Source of the DNA: the human T2T-CHM13v2.0 reference genome, Homo sapiens
NCBI RefSeq assembly: GCF_009914755.1
Contig: NC_060932.1
DNA length: 64,000 bases
Strand: one strand, 5' to 3'
Shown here piece after piece: positions 51,918-64,000 of the stretch (position 1 is its first letter; the number at the start of each line of letters is the position of its first letter). Made by a program: the position numbers and the translations under genes. Under the pieces are notes generated by a model, which was given only the letters and a program-made list of their open reading frames with translations, made no database searches and was not told the DNA's origin.

Positions 51918-53774
51918 TGATGGCAGCGGCGGGCCATCTGGAATGGCCACTGCCACCATGCAGGCTGCAGCAGGGAGGTGCGAGAAGTGGCGGCAGGTGC
52001 AGCTGCAGGAGCAGCAATGGCAGTGGTGGGTCCCCTGCACCCCACATCCCTGAGGCAGCCGACTGCACCACCCCTACCCTCATGTGGCCAGGCAAGACCT
52101 GCTTCCAGGTCTGGAGCCTCTGCTGCTCCAGAACCTTGTCCTGTGTCACCACTCTTGCCCACTGCTGCTGTAGGGAGGGCACAGGGAGGAGGTGGAGCTG
52201 AGCCCAGGGTGGCGCCATGCTCCATGGAGCTGGCAGGAGGCAGGGACAAGTGGGAGCCCCCCCTGGAGCCCACTGCCCTGGGAGCCACGGCAATGGGGTT
52301 GGGCCAAGCTACCCATGGACAGGGGAGCAGCATGGTTTAGCACTGAGGGTTGGACAGAGGGGCCCAGCAAGGACCCAGAGCCCCCAACCCCAGCTATGAA
52401 CAGGTGTGGCTGGGGCTGCCTACATGCTCCATGGACTGGGTGGGAGCCGTGCCATCCCAGGCACAGGACTCAGGTGTCTCTGCAGCACTCTGCACTCATG
52501 GTGACTTGGGTAGGCTCTTGCTGCCCTCACAGGCTTGGGGGTGTCTGTGCCTGCTGCTGGCCTCTCCCTGCTCCCGCACCTGCTCTGACCTCAGAATGGG
52601 GTTGGGGCTGAGCCCAAGCACTGTCACCACCCAGCTGAGTGTGCACATGCTTGGGACAGTGCTGATATGCCACCCCCATGCTGCCTCGGCCCCTTCTGGA
52701 CTCTGGGCACTGGTAAGCATTGCAGGGAAGCCAATGGGGAACTGAGGGCAGTTAGATGCTGACCTGCAGGTGACCTTTGGTGAGAGGATCCTGGGTGCCA
52801 TGGACAGTGGCAGGAGGCAGTTTCCTGGGCAGAAGGGGGCAGGTCACCGGTGAAGCCCCACCGTCAAGCCACAGAGCAGGGCTGGGCTGCCAGTCCTGTG
52901 GACTGGAGTGGGAACTTGTGGTGCCTTTTCCAGGCCCACTGATGGTCACCCATGAACCAACTGTCACATACTTCCTCCCCTCTGAGGCCCGTAAAAGACC
53001 TGGGCTCAGCCAGACCGGGATAGATGACAAGACGACCAGCTGCAGAGAGGAGGTACTCTCTCTGCTAGGAGCTGAACTCTTGACAGGACACCCTGACTAG
53101 AGAAAGGAGCTATCCCCTGCAGGTCTCCTCTGAGCTGTTCTATTGCTCAGTAAAGCTCCTCTTTGTCTTGCTCACCCTTTACTTGTCTGAGTATTTCATT
53201 CTTCCTGGTCACAGGACAAGAACTTGGGACCCACCAAATGGCGAGGCTAAAAGAGCCTTAAGACAAAAAGGGCTGAAACATGCCCCATGTTGCAGCCAAA
53301 GAGGAGGGAAGATCTGCCACCGGTCAGGGAGCCCAGACCTGGGAGCTCCCTGAGCCAGAGCTGTTACTCCCTCTTTGGGGCTCTGTGGTTCCTGGCATCT
53401 CCAAGCTTCCTGGTGCCACCACGTTCCCCACTGCCAACCATGGAAGCTGTTTGTGGTGTGCCTGGTCTGGCCACAGCTTCACAGAGACCCAGAACCTGTG
53501 CCGGCACCTGAAGCTGCCTGCCCCGCTGCAGCAGCAGGCATGTCTGACTGTGTGCAGTGGATGGACCCCATGCTCACTCACACACCCCTCGCTGTTCCAC
53601 GCCTGACTCACCCTTGGCAAGTGTGGGATCCAGGCTTATAGCATGAACCAAGCACAGTCTGCCATGCTGAGTAGGCAGAACAAGCCCAGCAAGTCCGAGC
53701 AAAATTTGGGCAAAGAAGCCACCAGCCACAGAGGTTTCTGCCCAGAAAAGTGACACCCCAAGGATCCCATAACA
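51918..53774 (+). mobile_element. MER52-family long GC-rich solo LTR (1857 bp)
   Basis: TGATGGCAGCGGCGG...cccaaggatcccataaCA; exact TSD TCTG at 51914-51917 and 53775-53778. Confidence 0.9.
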
Positions 53775-54569
53775 TCTGTGTCATGGATTCATGCCTGACG
53801 TGAAATCAATACAAATAGGCTGAACTGACACTTATGTGCACAGAAACACACAGGCAATAAGACAGGCTGAAGAAAAAAAAAAGCCATAAAATTGTAGGAA
53901 TCATGAATCAGAGGGAACCATGAGGTTCAGAGGAGAAAAGAGTAAAGCCAGAGGCAGAGAGACTCTGGGACAAGCATTCATAGATGTCTATCCTCCTCTC
54001 ATCACAACTATCAAGGAGAAAAAAAAACTGCTTTAAATGTACTGTCAAAAGTACATTAAATCAACTATGTAAATTTTGATATCTAAGTTCTCTGTGACTT
54101 CTGCCTGCAAGGTTAAGATGGTTTCCTTGTCATTATTTCCCTATTGGTCCTTACAACCCCCATTAGTTGAAGCAACCTGATCATATTTCTGTGAATTGAA
54201 ACCAGAAAGCTCAACAGGCAGCCCTATGTGTCTCAAAAGACGATTAAAATTAAATATGAAAATGTTTTTTTAAAATATTAGAAACTACACAAAACAGGAT
54301 ATATAGCAACTGTATTTGTCAAAAGAGACCAAAGTTCAATAATGACAAAGAATTAGAATAAACAGAAAAAATTAATTTTATTCCATAATTTATATTTATA
54401 AAAAGGTAAATATGAAAGCATTAGAAAGGCATTTTTGAGGTTCTGATTTCCTTCAGGATTCTAATGAGAACAACTGTTAGAGTATGTGAAAGAAAGAAAG
54501 AAAGAATTTAACTAGAACAGTTTTCCACTAAATTTCTCAGTTTCTCCATTGCATTCCCTGAGAACTGAT

Positions 54570-54695
54570 TGGAGCTCCACTTGGAATATTTAAAACTGCT
54601 CTGGACAAAATCATTAAAAGATGCTGGAGGGAACTAGCCAGTACTATCCTGGGGATGGAGGAGCTGTATGTAAGTTCTTTCATCTTTATTTAGAC
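54570..54695 (+). mobile_element. CR1/L3-like 3' fragment
   Basis: tttaaaactgctctggacaaa...ggagggaac...ggggatggag...ttctttcatctt resembles CR1-type 3' ends. Confidence 0.4.
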
Positions 54696-55099
54696 TCTTC
54701 TGTAATATATTTCCTTTCTGAGAAAAGAATTTATCTCCATCCAACAACATGCTGGAGAAAATGGCAATACCAAACTATCACAATGCAATAATCTATGTAA
54801 TTAAATTATTTCATGGATCAATAGGAATGTGCAAATTGTGAAAAACTGTGAAATGTAATAATGTGTCTGACATTATAATTTCAGATGGCTTATTTATTCT
54901 TCAAGGACTTTGTACATTGATGCTTATTTGATTTCTCTGAACAAAAAAATGTTTCCTGGTCTGCTCTGGTTCTTCATTCCTTAGACAAATATATGTCGAG
55001 AGCATATTATGTGTAAGGCATTGTGTTAAGTGCTTTAGGGGGTAAAAGGGAAAATATGGTCTCTGCCTTCAAGGAGTCTCCATTTTCATACAGACAAGG

Positions 55100-55300
55100 A
55101 GGCCACATGGTAGAAAGGAGAGGACTCTGGAAACACACAGATTGGGTTCAAATTCCATCTCTGCCTGCTGCCAGCTGGGTCTCTGGTTCTCTATATGTAA
55201 AATTGGGATAAAAATGTCTTTCTCATGGGCATGTTATGAGAATGGGGAGATAATGTTCATACAGTACCTAGCAAAATATCAGTATTCAGTCAATCAGTGT
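55100..55300 (+). mobile_element. MIR, with an L2 fragment just upstream
   Basis: tgggttcaaattccatctctgcc...ttctctatatgtaaaattgggataa. Confidence 0.75.
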
Positions 55301-55399
55301 GACTTTCCTTCCTCTTTAGAGAAGCAGGAAAAACTATAATCAGGGTAATATGCACTGCATATGTAAACCAATTACATAGAGAATAATGCAGGAGCTTTG

Positions 55400-55400
<1 letters not shown>

Positions 55401-55436
<36 letters not shown>
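55401..55436. repeat. (TA)18 microsatellite
   Basis: Read directly. Confidence 0.97.
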
Positions 55437-55440
<4 letters not shown>

Positions 55441-55505
55441 ATATAGTGGGTGTCGTCTAGGGGGATATGATGTTAAAAACATCTGGGAAGGTTTTATAAC
55501 TCTCC

Positions 55506-56271
55506 TGAGGACTAAACTCTGACTATTTTATTTTTCTCTTGCCCAAACTTCTGTCTAAAAGGCTTGGGGAGTCATGCCCTACAAACCACAAAATTCCATC
55601 AGATGGCTCTTTATTGACTCTATATAATGTTACCCCAAAATATATATTTTTCTACCTATTTTGAAATGGCTGCCACTGGGCCAACAGATTGAAACGTCCC
55701 TGCAGATTGTCTTTTGTGGAAAAAATTTGCATCCCTAGAGAATCTCCATTAAAGTAGCCAGAATTTTCCCCTTATAGGCTGTTCCCAGATCTAGGAGAGA
55801 ATAACTGAGAGTCTGACACATTTAAAGTCTGAAAAGAGACATTTATTATCTATTCTCTCTGAGGGCTGTCACCTATGAGAATTCATCTACATTAAAAAAA
55901 AAAAACCTTGGACTCCACAACCCCTTTGTAACTTAGGAATCCCTTTCTGCTGACTTCAAGCCTCCAGACAATAGCTTAACTGTCTCAACCAATTGTCAAC
56001 TAAAGATCCTTAAAACCTATCTATGACTTGTAACCCCCACCCCCTTTGAGTTGTCCTGCCTTTTGGGGCCAAACCAATGTATACTTTCCATGTATTGATT
56101 AATGATTTTATCTGCAATTGCTGTCTCCCTGAAATGTATAAAACCAATCTGTAACTTGCCAGCCTTGGGCACATTTTCTCAGGACTTCTTGAGATTGTGT
56201 AACCTGGGCTGCAGCCACCCATATGGGCTCAGAAGAAACCTCTTTAAATATATTTGGATTTTTCATCATCA
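55506..56271 (+). mobile_element. MER4-group ERV1 solo LTR
   Basis: tgaggactaaactctga...ggggagtcatgccctacaaacc; exact TSD CTCC at 55502-55505 and 56272-56275. Confidence 0.86.
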
Positions 56272-56351
56272 CTCCCGATCACTCCAATTATTTCTCAACC
56301 TCTACCCCAACCACTCTCTGCACCTCCCTGCCCAATGCACACACAATTTTA

Positions 56352-56543
56352 TTTTATTTTTTTCTTCAACTTTTATTTTAAATTCTGGGGTACATATGCA
56401 GGATGTCCAGGTTTGTCACATAGGTAAACGTGTGCCATGCTGATTTGCTGCACATATTAAGCCATCACCTAGGTACTAAGCCCAGCATTCGTTAGCTATT
56501 CTTCCTGATGCTCTCCCTCCCCACAACCCTACAGATCCCAGTG
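56352..56543 (-). mobile_element. Short L1PA (PA8-10-like) 3' end
   Basis: ggggtacatatgcaggatgtccaggtttgtcacataggtaaacgtgtgccatg; TSD cac(a/t)cacaatttta. Confidence 0.9.
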
Positions 56544-58213
56544 ACACTCACAATTTTAAAAATGTATCAGAATCATGGAGAGTAGGTCATGCAGACAGGG
56601 AAATGCTGAGTAATTAGAAAAGCTCTTCCAGGTACAGCACAAAACTTCTCCATTCATAATGAAATGGGCACAAAATTTGGATCCAGACAAACCTTGGCAG
56701 TTTCAGTTCTGCCACTTACTCAATGTGGCCAAGTTATTAAATCTTTCTTAAGTTTTAATTCAGGGCAAATACCATGATTGCAAAGGTTTTCTATTCTCAA
56801 TAACAAGCACTGTGACTGCCCATATTAGGCGCCCAGCAAATATTTCCCAATTGATGAAATAAATTGTGAAATTTACAAAATAGCATCTATGTGCTAGTAT
56901 TATTGTGCGGATTTTAAAAAATTCTGTAGAATGCCTTCTTGGCATTGCAGGCATCTGATGTTTAATAGCAATTATCAAGGGCTGAGGGCAATGAAAAAAC
57001 AAAACATCACAGAGGAAACAATATGAACAGAGTAGGACTCTGATAGATGTAGAAAGAGCTAAATTAGCAAGTGCTTGGTAGCAGAGTCACAGTATATTTG
57101 GGAATGATAGATAAACTAGTTTGGCTGGTGTTTAAGCTTCATAAGAGCTGGAAGTGGTAGATGCTGCTGCAAGTTAATCATGGTTAGTTCATGAAAGTCC
57201 TTGAAGATGCTATTTAGGAGATTTTATTATGTCCACCATGTAAAGAGAAACAAATGAAGGTTTCAGAGCAAAAGGAAGAGTGATATCATCAGAACTTCAC
57301 TTTTGAAGAAATGATTTGGGATTTGTGTACAGGTTGGAAAGAAACCGAGTGAAAGGTTTGAATAATATTTAATATTATTCAATAACATTATTTAATATTC
57401 GATAATACTCTGAAATAGAAGAACCTTTAGGAGGCTTCTTCCATTTCCATAGAAGAAGCAACAAATCCTGATAATAAGGTGAGGTAAGGAAAGGAGAGCA
57501 GAGTGTTGTGGAATTAGTTTAACTGTGAGAATGATTATTCCATTTACAAAAGAAGAAGTGTAAATACGAGAAACTTTTAAAAAGGACAAATATTTGTTTA
57601 ACAAAAAAATGTTAAATGTTTTAATTCAGTTTTAAATTTGCTGCCTCTGGGGTATCATGAAAAAATGAAAAAATTCAGAGACTGGAGCCAAAGATACTAT
57701 TTGTTAATCATTCCTACAGAAATAAAGACAGAGTTCACCTGGAAAGATTAAGGCTAGAGTATCAAGGAATATTCATCTTCCAGGGACAAGAAGAGAAGGT
57801 AAACTTGTGTATTTTGCTAAAATAAAATTTTTCCAGTACCTTTATTAAGAATAGGCCTTAGATTTTATTTAAAAGCCTATTTCTGGCATTGCATTCTACT
57901 ACAAAAGATATTTTAAAAAACACCAATTACTTTTATTTTCATAAAACATTTTATTAGTTATCTAAAAATTATCTTTCAGAAAGCCTTTATGCATATAGGA
58001 AAGAGTCCCAAAATAGCCCTAGATAAGTTTTCCAGTTTACATAACTCCAAAAATCCTATGTTTATTTTCTTTGTGCTCCTTCTTTTTGCCATCCACATGG
58101 GTTATTGTAAAAGGAATGATTCACAGTGATTGAATTTTGGTTTGCAATAGAATTCTAGACATCAGAGATAGAAAGCCACTGGCATAATCTACTATGAAAA
58201 CAGATCCTGTTTT

Positions 58214-58522
<309 letters not shown>

Positions 58523-59079
58523 CTGTTTTAACCATTATAATTTTGACTTTGTTGTTAAGTTTAGCATTCAGTAAAGAAAAGTTATCTTACATAGAATCAT
58601 ATGGAAATGATGCATATTATTCCAACCATTCAAGTAAGGTTTGATAACAGTGTGATTTTCATTAATTGACTGATTCACAAATTAAGCATAGAGTAACATG
58701 GTGTGCTAAACTTCTGCCCTCACAGAAGTTTCAAAGTAACAGGAAGACAAACATACCAAGAATCACTTACACTGAAGAACATGTGTGCTATGAAAGAAGA
58801 AAGGACGCAGGTGTTATAGAGCTCAGAGCAGGGACAGCTACTTAGCCTAAAGGTAGTTCAGAATGTTTCCAGTAGCAAAATGAGATGTCATTTGAGGCCA
58901 GAAGAATGACTAGGAGTTATCCAGGGGAAAGGAGAGAAAGGAAATTTAGTAGATCATTTTGCCTCTTTCTCACCCTCAATTTCATCATCTACGAATTGGA
59001 GAATATAAGCTTGATGGTCTTTCAAGCCCTTTCTAGTTAATAAAGCACAATGTCCTATTTTAATAGGCCCTTCCCCATA

Positions 59080-59440
59080 TGAAACATGCTCTTCCCTCCT
59101 TGATTCTTCTTTGCCCAGACTGCCTAAATTAAATTTAGTTAATTTCTACTTGTCCTTAAGGACTCAGTTGAAGGCATCTTAAAGCTACTTCTTGAAGCTC
59201 TTTTTGAGTTCTTCCACTACTTCACGGAGAGCTGGTCTCTCCTCCCCTAGTGTCTTCTCTGTTGCTTTGAAGTTGTTTTTGTCTGACTCCCTCGCTAGAC
59301 GGTAAGCTCACTGAGGGCAATGACTGAGTCATATGTACCTTCATGCCCTTAGCACCTCTCAATGTCTAGCATATAGCAAGTGTTCATTGAATCTTGCGTA
59401 AATATAAAAATAAATTCAAATAAAAATAAATAAATTCAAT
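59080..59440 (+). mobile_element. L2 3' fragment
   Basis: ctagacggtaagctcactgagggca...tctagcatatagcaagtgttcattgaat. Confidence 0.7.
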
Positions 59441-62400
59441 GCATGCTTTGAAGAAAACTCAAAAAAGCTTTCGTTAGGTAAAGGTGTACTCTTATAATCT
59501 TCTCTATAATTTTCTACACAAAAAGAACTCAGTAGAAGGTGATAATGATGAACGAGGCTATTTTTTTGACAATTGAGAAATTTTGCCAAGAAGGTTTTCC
59601 AATATTATGGCAAAGTGTAGAGTTAAATAAGAATCTATCGAAACTTTAGTGATCCAAATCTTTATCAGACCCCACAGTGGTCACTGTTTTAGGATTACTG
59701 TGCTTCAAAGTCTAAATATCTGTTTGGGAGAAATTACTTTTTCTTATCTCCATGCTTCACCTTCATTTTTATCATGAAACCACCTTATTATTCACAGTGG
59801 TTTTAAAATAGATCATGCTGATATAAGAAAAATCAATCTGTAATTAAAAGAATAAACAAAACTGATTTATAGACTATATAACTAAAAACGAACATTAAAT
59901 TGTGATAAATTATACATTTTGATAGTGAAATTAATATGTCATTGTTTTACGTGATTGATGAATAATTAAAACTTTAGTTATCTAATTTACTTTTTCATGA
60001 TTAAAAATGATATATTATAATACAAAGGTTGTGAGTTTTATAAACTGAATTAGCAGGCAATTTTTATTAAGTGATGATTTAGTACTGTTTTTTTTCCAGC
60101 CCCATGATATGCTTAGTATAATTTCTGAAATTCCTTTATCAACAATAGGCAGATTTTAATATTTACAGCAGTCCTTCAAATACCTTGTCAAATTAGCTTT
60201 CCCATAAAAGCTAAGTAAAAATACAGTTGTAAGGAAAAATCACAACCTTCTAGTTTTAGTTCATTTAGAGGCCCTTGAGTGTTCAATGACGTGAAAAGTG
60301 ACATATATCTGTGAATTAAGAAACTTTAACTACACCAAGAGTGCACTTCATTATATAATACATAATTCAAGAGATGATTCCTTATGTTGAAAATTCAATC
60401 CAACTTTGGCATTCAAATTTATCCCCCAATTTCAGTCGTATTCAAAATATTATAGCTTAGGAGGCTGCAGCAGAGCAAGATGGCAGTCTAAAGGTGCGTG
60501 CCTAACACTCATTCCTCTGACAAAAAGGAACCAAAGCTATGAATAAATAACCACATTTTGATAAGGGTGACTAAAGAAGAGGGCTAGAGTATGGCAAGAG
60601 AATGATAAAAACCCTGTGGAACCCAGAAACTTAGGATGGGCACAAAGAGGAGGAAAGAAAACAACTTGCCTCCACCTCCTCATCCCCCAAGTGAAGATCA
60701 GCTCAGAAACAGAAGGGACTTCTTCCTGAAGGGAAAAGGTAACCAGGAAGCCCCCAGTGGCCCCCGCCACTACCATGGATCCCTGAAGTCTTCATTATTG
60801 GGAAATCCTGCAGTTCTCTCAGGCTCTGAGCCCAGCTTATAGAGCTGCCTCGAGTTCACATGGCTGTACTACTCCAGAGAAGAAGACCACATTTGTACCG
60901 TGCCCCCATGGCTTACGCTGTTACTGCACTGTGTCATTGTGAAACCAGAGCCACTGCTAGAGTGTATCAGATTTCAGGAGCCAGTAGCCAATGCATCCTT
61001 TCATCCCTGAATGGACATATTTCTCAGCTGAGCTGCTGCAGCTCTCTTCCTTCTGGGGAAAAGTTGCCTAGGAAAAAATCCATATCCCTTATCTTCCCCC
61101 AGCTACTCAGAGCCTAGGCCCAGAGAAGCAGCCATGTCCCCTCAGTGCCTAAACTAACCAAGTGTCCTGCCCCTAGGGAACTAAAGGTTTGGCCTAGGTG
61201 AACAGCTACAATCATAGCATCAGAGCCCACATGGCATCCTGATCCCTGGGTACTGGTTACACTGGCCGAACAGAGAAGCTGCACCCAACTTGGCAGAGCA
61301 GCTGTGTCCCTTAGTGCCTGAAACAACATGGTGACCTGTCCATCAGGAATAAGAGCCTCAGCCCAGGGGAACAGCCACAACCCTGCACCCAAGCCCACAT
61401 GGCACTCTGCCCTGAAGGGACCCAGAATCTGATCCAGCAGAGCAGGCAAACCTCTATGCACCTGAGCTGACATAGTGCACTGCCCTCTAGGGAAATAGAG
61501 TTTTCACTGATCTGTATCACCCTATCCTTTGGGCCAAACAGCAGCAGTGCTCAACTTCCCTGGATCTTGAAGTCCTCTGGAGTCTGACCTGCTGATGCAC
61601 CCTGCCTCCCTAAGGAATGGAGCCATCTTTACAATGCTTCCACCCCCTGAGGCCCAAGACACAACTTTGCCCATCATTACTGAATCCTTGATGCCAATGC
61701 CCCAACATCATAAAGCCTGGGCCGCTGCTATGTCCCACCATTCCAAAATCAAGAGTCACCACCATGTAGTTCGTGTATCCTGGGTGCCTGAGTTTTCATT
61801 GTACCCTGTTGTTTTTGGGACACAAATTGCAGCTGTGACTGCTCCTGGAGGCCTGAGTCTTTGAAAGAAATCTTCTTCCTTGGAGTCATGTCAGTACTGC
61901 ACCCAGAAGCACAGGATCAGAGTCATAGGTACATCCCTGTCTCCTGGGCCCAAGCTGAACAGAGACTATACTACTGCACCCATTCAGAATCAGAGCCAAC
62001 AGAACTTGCCCAGCTTAGTCCCTATGACCCATCTATAGGTGAAAATATTTCCCTACAAAACCTGCACTATAAAATTGAAAGGGATAACAGTTCCACCAGA
62101 TGTACAGACACCAAAACAAAAACACAAGAAACATGAAAAAGCTAGAGTACATTATACCACAAAAATAGCCCACAATAAATATTTAGTAATTGACCCTCCT
62201 AAAATGAAAATTTATGAATTACCTGAAAACGAATTCATAATAATGATCTTAACGAAACTCAGTGAGATACAAGAGAATACAGATAGATAATTCAATGAAA
62301 TCAGGAAAAAATCCATGATCTGAAAGATAAATTTGAACAAAGAGATATATCATAAAATAAGAACCAAATAGAAATCTTGGGGTTGAAGAATTCAATGAAT

Positions 62401-62647
62401 AACATTTTTTAAAAACGCAATTGAGAAATTCAACAGCAGATTAGATCAAGCAGAAGAAATAATCTCTGCATTTGAAGAAAGGTTTTTTAAAATAACCCAT
62501 TCATAGCGGGAAAATAACAAAATAATATAAAAGAGTGAACAAAACCTATATGACTTACGGGACATCACTAAGTAAATAAGTTTTGCATTATGGGAATTCA
62601 GATGAAGATGATTGGAGAACATCACAGAAAGTTTATTTAAAAAAGTA

Positions 62648-62945
62648 GGCCAGGCACAGTGGCTCAGGCTTGTAATCTCAGCACTTTTGGAGCCAAAGCA
62701 TGCAGGTCACTTGAGGTCAGGAGTTCAAGACTAGCCCGGCCAACATGATGTAACCCTGTCTCTACTAAAAATACAAAAATTAGCCAGGCATGGTAATGCA
62801 TGCCTGTAATCCCAGCCACTCAGGAGGCTGAAGCAGGAGGATTGCTCGAACCTGTATGGGAGAGGTTGCAGTGAGCCGAGATCATGCCACTGCACTCCAT
62901 CCTGGGCTACAGAGCAAGACCCTGTCTCAAAAAATTTTTTTAAAA
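62648..62945 (+). mobile_element. Old Alu (J/S) in L1 ORF1
   Basis: Full-length Alu; degenerate TSD tatttaa(a/c)aaagta. Confidence 0.94.
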
Positions 62946-63758
62946 AGCTATTTAACAAAGTAATTGCTGAAAACTTTCCAACTCTTAGGAGAGTTATGGA
63001 TATTCAGATCCATAAAGATCAAAGGTACCCAAACAGATTCAGCCCAGAAGGATCCTCACCTAGGCATACTATAATTAAAATGTCAAAAGTGAAAGACACA
63101 GAGAATTTTAAAAGCAATAAGAAAAACATGTCAATTGACAAAGAAATAAACCACTATTATACTAGCAGGAGATTTCTCAGCAGAAATCTTGCAGGACGGG
63201 AAAGAATAGGATAATATAGTCAAAGCGCCAAAACCTGTCGTTCAAGAATATGATACCCAACAAAGCTGTGCTTCAGAAATGAAGGAGAAATCAAGACTTT
63301 CCCAGACAAGTAAAAGCTGAGGAAATTCACCATAGGGCGTGCCTTACAAGAAATGCTTAAGAAAATTCTTCAACCATAAGTGAATGGACAATGATAACTA
63401 TCATGAAGAAATGTGAAGGTAAAAACTCAGTAGTAAAGGTAAATCACAGTCAATTTCAGAATACTTTATAACTGTAATGGTGGTATATACATCTTTCAAA
63501 TCTCTACTCTGAAGGCTAAAATTTCAAATGGTCAAAAATAACTAAAACAACAATAAGTTGTTAGGGAATACATAATGCAAAAATATCTAAATTGACAGAG
63601 CAAAATATAAATTGTGGGGGAGGGTTAAAGGCTAGAGTATTCATAAGAGACTGCAGTTGTCAGCTTAAAATAGTCTATTATAAGATTTTTTATGTAAGTC
63701 TCATGGTAACCACAAAGCAAAAAAACTACAGCAGATACACAAGCAAGAAAGAGAAAGA

Positions 63759-64000
63759 GGCCAGGCACAGTGGCTCACGCCTGTAATCCCAGCACTTTGG
63801 GAGGTCAAGGCAGGTGGATCATGAGGTCAGGAGATCGAGACTATCCTGGCTAACACAGTGAAATCTCATCTCTACTAAAAATATAAAAAAATAGCCAGAT
63901 GTGGTGGCACGTGCTTGTAATCCCAGCTACTCAGGAGGCTGAGGCAGGAGAATCGCTTGAACATGGGAGGCGGAGGTTGCAGTGAGCCAAGATTGTGCCA
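63759..64000 (+). mobile_element. AluSc-like, cut by the window end
   Basis: ggatcatgaggtcaggagatcgagactatcctggctaac together with S-type gaatcgcttgaac. Confidence 0.94.

Larger units (their letters stand above)
60460..64000 (+). mobile_element. Old L1 (L1M-type) 5' region: ~1.6-kb GC-rich 5'UTR and decayed ORF1; runs off the window
   Basis: caagatggc (YY1-type) near the start; ORF1-like KMKIYELPENEFIIMILTKLSEIQENTDR and [34 protein letters not shown]. Confidence 0.88.

Noticed and set aside
51774-53756. Many overlapping 60-155 aa ORFs resembling a gene or CpG island
   Set aside because: They lie almost entirely within the GC-rich MER52 LTR bounded by a TSD; stop codons are simply scarce there.

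Overview
Human genomic DNA; an AluYb8 with its diagnostic 7-bp insertion fixes the species. The window is AT-rich and well over half interspersed repeat, with no protein-coding exon I can recognise. The main structure is a four-layer nested insertion at 2.8-12.6 kb: old L1MB > L1PB > THE1 LTR > near full-length HERV-L provirus. The provirus has two MLT2A LTRs, a tRNA-Leu primer-binding site (PBS) and decayed gag/pro/pol/dUTPase, and all three insertion junctions carry readable target-site duplications (TSDs). Also present: a two-ended L1MA copy, a long L2 remnant, about a dozen MaLR and ERV1 LTRs, Alus of J/S/Y/Yb8 age, DNA-transposon MITEs, MIR/L2 fragments and a complex tetranucleotide STR. 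In unique sequence, several splice-site pairs on the minus strand suggest a probably non-coding host transcript, and two CpG-enriched stretches look regulatory. Subfamily names come from recalled consensus sequences, not from a database search. I found no convincing new biological system. The best leads are the loss of the poly(A) signal in both HERV-L LTRs, tandem DUX4-type sites upstream of the provirus, and a shared rare indel in an inverted Alu pair.
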